Assembly: GCA_010015805.1 (NCBI GenBank)
Contig: ML978137.1
Coordinates: 434,001-498,000 of the forward strand
Length of the DNA stretch: 64,000 bases
Reading direction: 5' to 3'
Source: Rhizodiscina lignyota
Lineage: Eukaryota
The position numbers were made by a program, and so were the translations under genes. The notes below the pieces were generated by a model, which made no database searches, was not told the origin of the DNA, and saw nothing but the letters and a program-made list of their open reading frames with translations. Positions 61,457 through 64,000 of the stretch are shown one piece after another. Numbering within the stretch: position 1 is the first letter of the stretch; each line of letters starts with the position of its first letter.

Positions 61457-64000
61457 ATGGACCTGGGATGGCCCTCGTTCGGCGAGCGGGTTACACCGCA
61501 ACAAGTGCACGACTATATGAATAATGCTTTGGAAAAGGGGGTCAGGATTCAAGACTACATATACAAGAGGGCCGTTACGTACCTCAGCCAGTTTTACGGC
61601 TATGTTGGTCAATTGCTGCCTCAATCCCTCAATCCTCATCACCTCTGGCGCAAATGTGCCGCTATCTGCCACACACTCTTCGGAATAATCGAAAGATATC
61701 GGAACCAATTGCACCAGTATTCTCAGAGGCTCTCAATCTTTTACCAGAGAACGCTTGGTCCATATCTGCAACGGCTGTACAGCTACTCTGACGACCTCTT
61801 ACCTAGTCATTTTGATTCGTTCGAGCGCAAGGTGTCCTGGATCCTTCTTTCTGTCATGGTGCTTTGCACTCTGACATCCTGTGTCTGGTTTTTGAGACGC
61901 AGAAAAGTGGACAGGAAACTTCTGGATTCCCGCAATGGTTCGTTCACGAGCCTTTCTGACGCGCGAAATCCAAATACAGGTGAGTGCATCCCCATACATC
62001 TCTACACCGCCTCACTGTTTCCCTGGAATGGGTCTCTGTATCGAGCTAGGCTATGAAAGCCATCTATTCATCGAGTACTCGCACTTAGTTGCAGAGACTG
62101 TTTCCCAGACGTCTAAGATTTTGATGGTTCAATTTCATCAAGCCCGAAGAGCATTCTCCTGTTTCCGAACTGTTCTACAGTAACGCGATCATGTTTGGCG
62201 GAAGCCACCTCAATTGCAGCTCTACCAGTGAATAATTTAGACTTATGTCAACCCTTTCTGATTTCTAAATTCACAGACGCCTCTATCACCGATCCTTCCC
62301 TGCTCAGGAAACACTCGACATATGAATCCTACTCAATCACATCCCCGGTCACCGGCCGATCGATAACGTATCCTTCAATTCGTACCTTCTATCATCCTCA
62401 TCCACAAGCAGCCAAACTACCGACTTCACCGACACCTCTTCCTTTAATTGTCTTCATCCACGGTCTCGGCGGTTCGGTCGCACAATTTCATCCCCTTCTC
62501 ACAAGCCTTGTAAACGTCGCACCATGTCTCGCTATCGACCTACCGGGCTGCGGCTGTTCGGCATTTGAACCGGCGGATTGGGAAGCATACAAGCTGGAAA
62601 ATCTAGCAGCACTGGTGGCAACAGCAATTGATAGATACAGAGAAGACAGTCTCGGGCAAGAAGTCGTTCTGATTGGACATAGCATGGGATGCTCTTTGTC
62701 GGTACTCCTAGCGTCTCCAAATAACCCGCTCAGCACAGTGCAGAACCTGTCAAAGCATGTTCTAGGCCTCGTCGCAATATGCCCTCGAGCTGACGCGCCA
62801 TCACCGCGAGAGGTCAAAGCATTCAAGAAACTCCTTTCGATCCCTGGGCCGATATTCAACTTATGGCGTCAGTGGGATCGTCGTGGAGGGACTGAGAGCG
62901 CAAGTGTGAAGCGATTTGTAGGGCCTAACGCTGAAGAGGGCGTGAAAAGGTTGCAAGTGAGATTCAACGAGCAGAGTAGGACGCCGGTGTGGCGAAGAAT
63001 GGCACGAGGAATGCTACCACAGTATTCAAAGTCTGGTCAGGCAAATGGAGGACTGCCAGGACGAGAAACCTGGAGCGCCTTGCAGGTACCAATCTTGTTA
63101 ATGGCCGGAGAATCGGACCACATAACGCCTGCGCTGGAGGTAGAAAAGATAGCAGGGTTTCTTGGAAAGGCATCAAGAACCGACCCGAGTGAGAGGATGG
63201 AGCACGGAGAGCCCATCGTTGATGCAGCAGCTCCAATCGACAGTAGTATCATCGATAGTAAGCTGCGACCGAAGAGTAACGTCACGAAACGTGCCGATAG
63301 CGGGGCTTCAGTCACGACGACAGGACAAGATCAATTGTTTGAGGAACGGCCTACGCTAAAGAGACGAAAGACGCACGCTGCAGCACTCAAGACGACGATT
63401 TTGCCATCTCCAGCTTCGCATGCCCTTCTCTATGCGCCCTCGACGGCTAGGATAATCGCCGGTCTGATTCAGACATTCTTATCCTCTCACATCGATCCGC
63501 GACTGAGTCTAGGCTGGCAGTTACAATATCTTACCACAGAAGGCAAATGGGATGTTAAGAATCTCGTCAAGTGGCAGAGTGTGCAGGCTGTCAGCGCACC
63601 GATCCCGGGACCCCAGTCTCCCTATTCGAAGAACAGGACCAACAATCGATGGAAGGATCCATTTGCGTCAGGCGAAACTGGAAGGACGAGGAATCAGCCA
63701 CCAGTATTCCGAGCGATGAAGACGCTAAGAGAGGTAGACGATGTACACTCTCCTGCTATTTTTGTGGAACATTGGCGAGGGAAGATTCAGGCGGTTGTCG
63801 ACATCTCGCACGAGTCGCCAGTATATGACCCGCAGGGACTTGAGAAGGGTGGTATCCAGTACCACAAGTTCCCGACTGTTTCAAAACTGCCGCCCACTGT
63901 TGATGAGGTGAAGGCGTTTATTGATCTGATAGATCGGCTTAGAGTACAGCTTGGTGTTGGCGGGCCACTGAGTCCAGAGACTGGCACGGCGGAGACGGAA
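61457..64000 (+). CDS. TM + alpha/beta-hydrolase + dual-specificity/RNA-triphosphatase-like phosphatase fusion (3' end outside window)
   Basis: Exon 1 carries a TM. Intron 61980-62276 joins in phase to VFIHGLGGS, IDLPGCG, GHSMG, GESDHITP and HAL. These are followed by GKWDVKNL.KW, FRAMKTLRE, VVDISHESPVYDP and YHKFPTVSKLPP. The long 3' frame is missing from the ORF track. Confidence 0.85.

Overview
This is eukaryotic DNA from a filamentous ascomycete (Pezizomycotina). It is gene-dense, and most genes are split by short GT-AG introns with CTRAC branch points, so the supplied ORF track shows only fragments. I reconstructed about 26 protein-coding loci by hand. Most are housekeeping genes: a Fat1-type acyl-CoA synthetase, GH92 and GH47 mannosidases, TED1, RPL23, ENT3, a Cys/Met PLP enzyme, cyclophilin, malic enzyme, TIM50, RPS19, dihydroxy-acid dehydratase, and an alpha/beta-hydrolase/phosphatase fusion. 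Accessory genes are interspersed: a tandem pair of orphan paralogs, secreted and single-pass membrane proteins, GFA, DUF2264, an F-box-like protein, an MFS transporter and a kelch protein. I found no tRNA/rRNA, CRISPR array, intact transposon or secondary-metabolite backbone gene, and I cannot support a new multi-gene system. The most interesting signals are at the RNA/splicing level: a 166-nt insertion flanked by a 5-bp direct repeat in the kelch gene that may be a newborn intron, two GC-AG introns, an 8-nt microexon next to an Fe-S ligand codon, and base-paired introns in two ribosomal-protein genes and cyclophilin. A K-Ras-like polybasic-CAAX tail on an uncharacterised beta-propeller protein also stands out. 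All gene models and family calls come from manual reading and motif recognition, not database searches.
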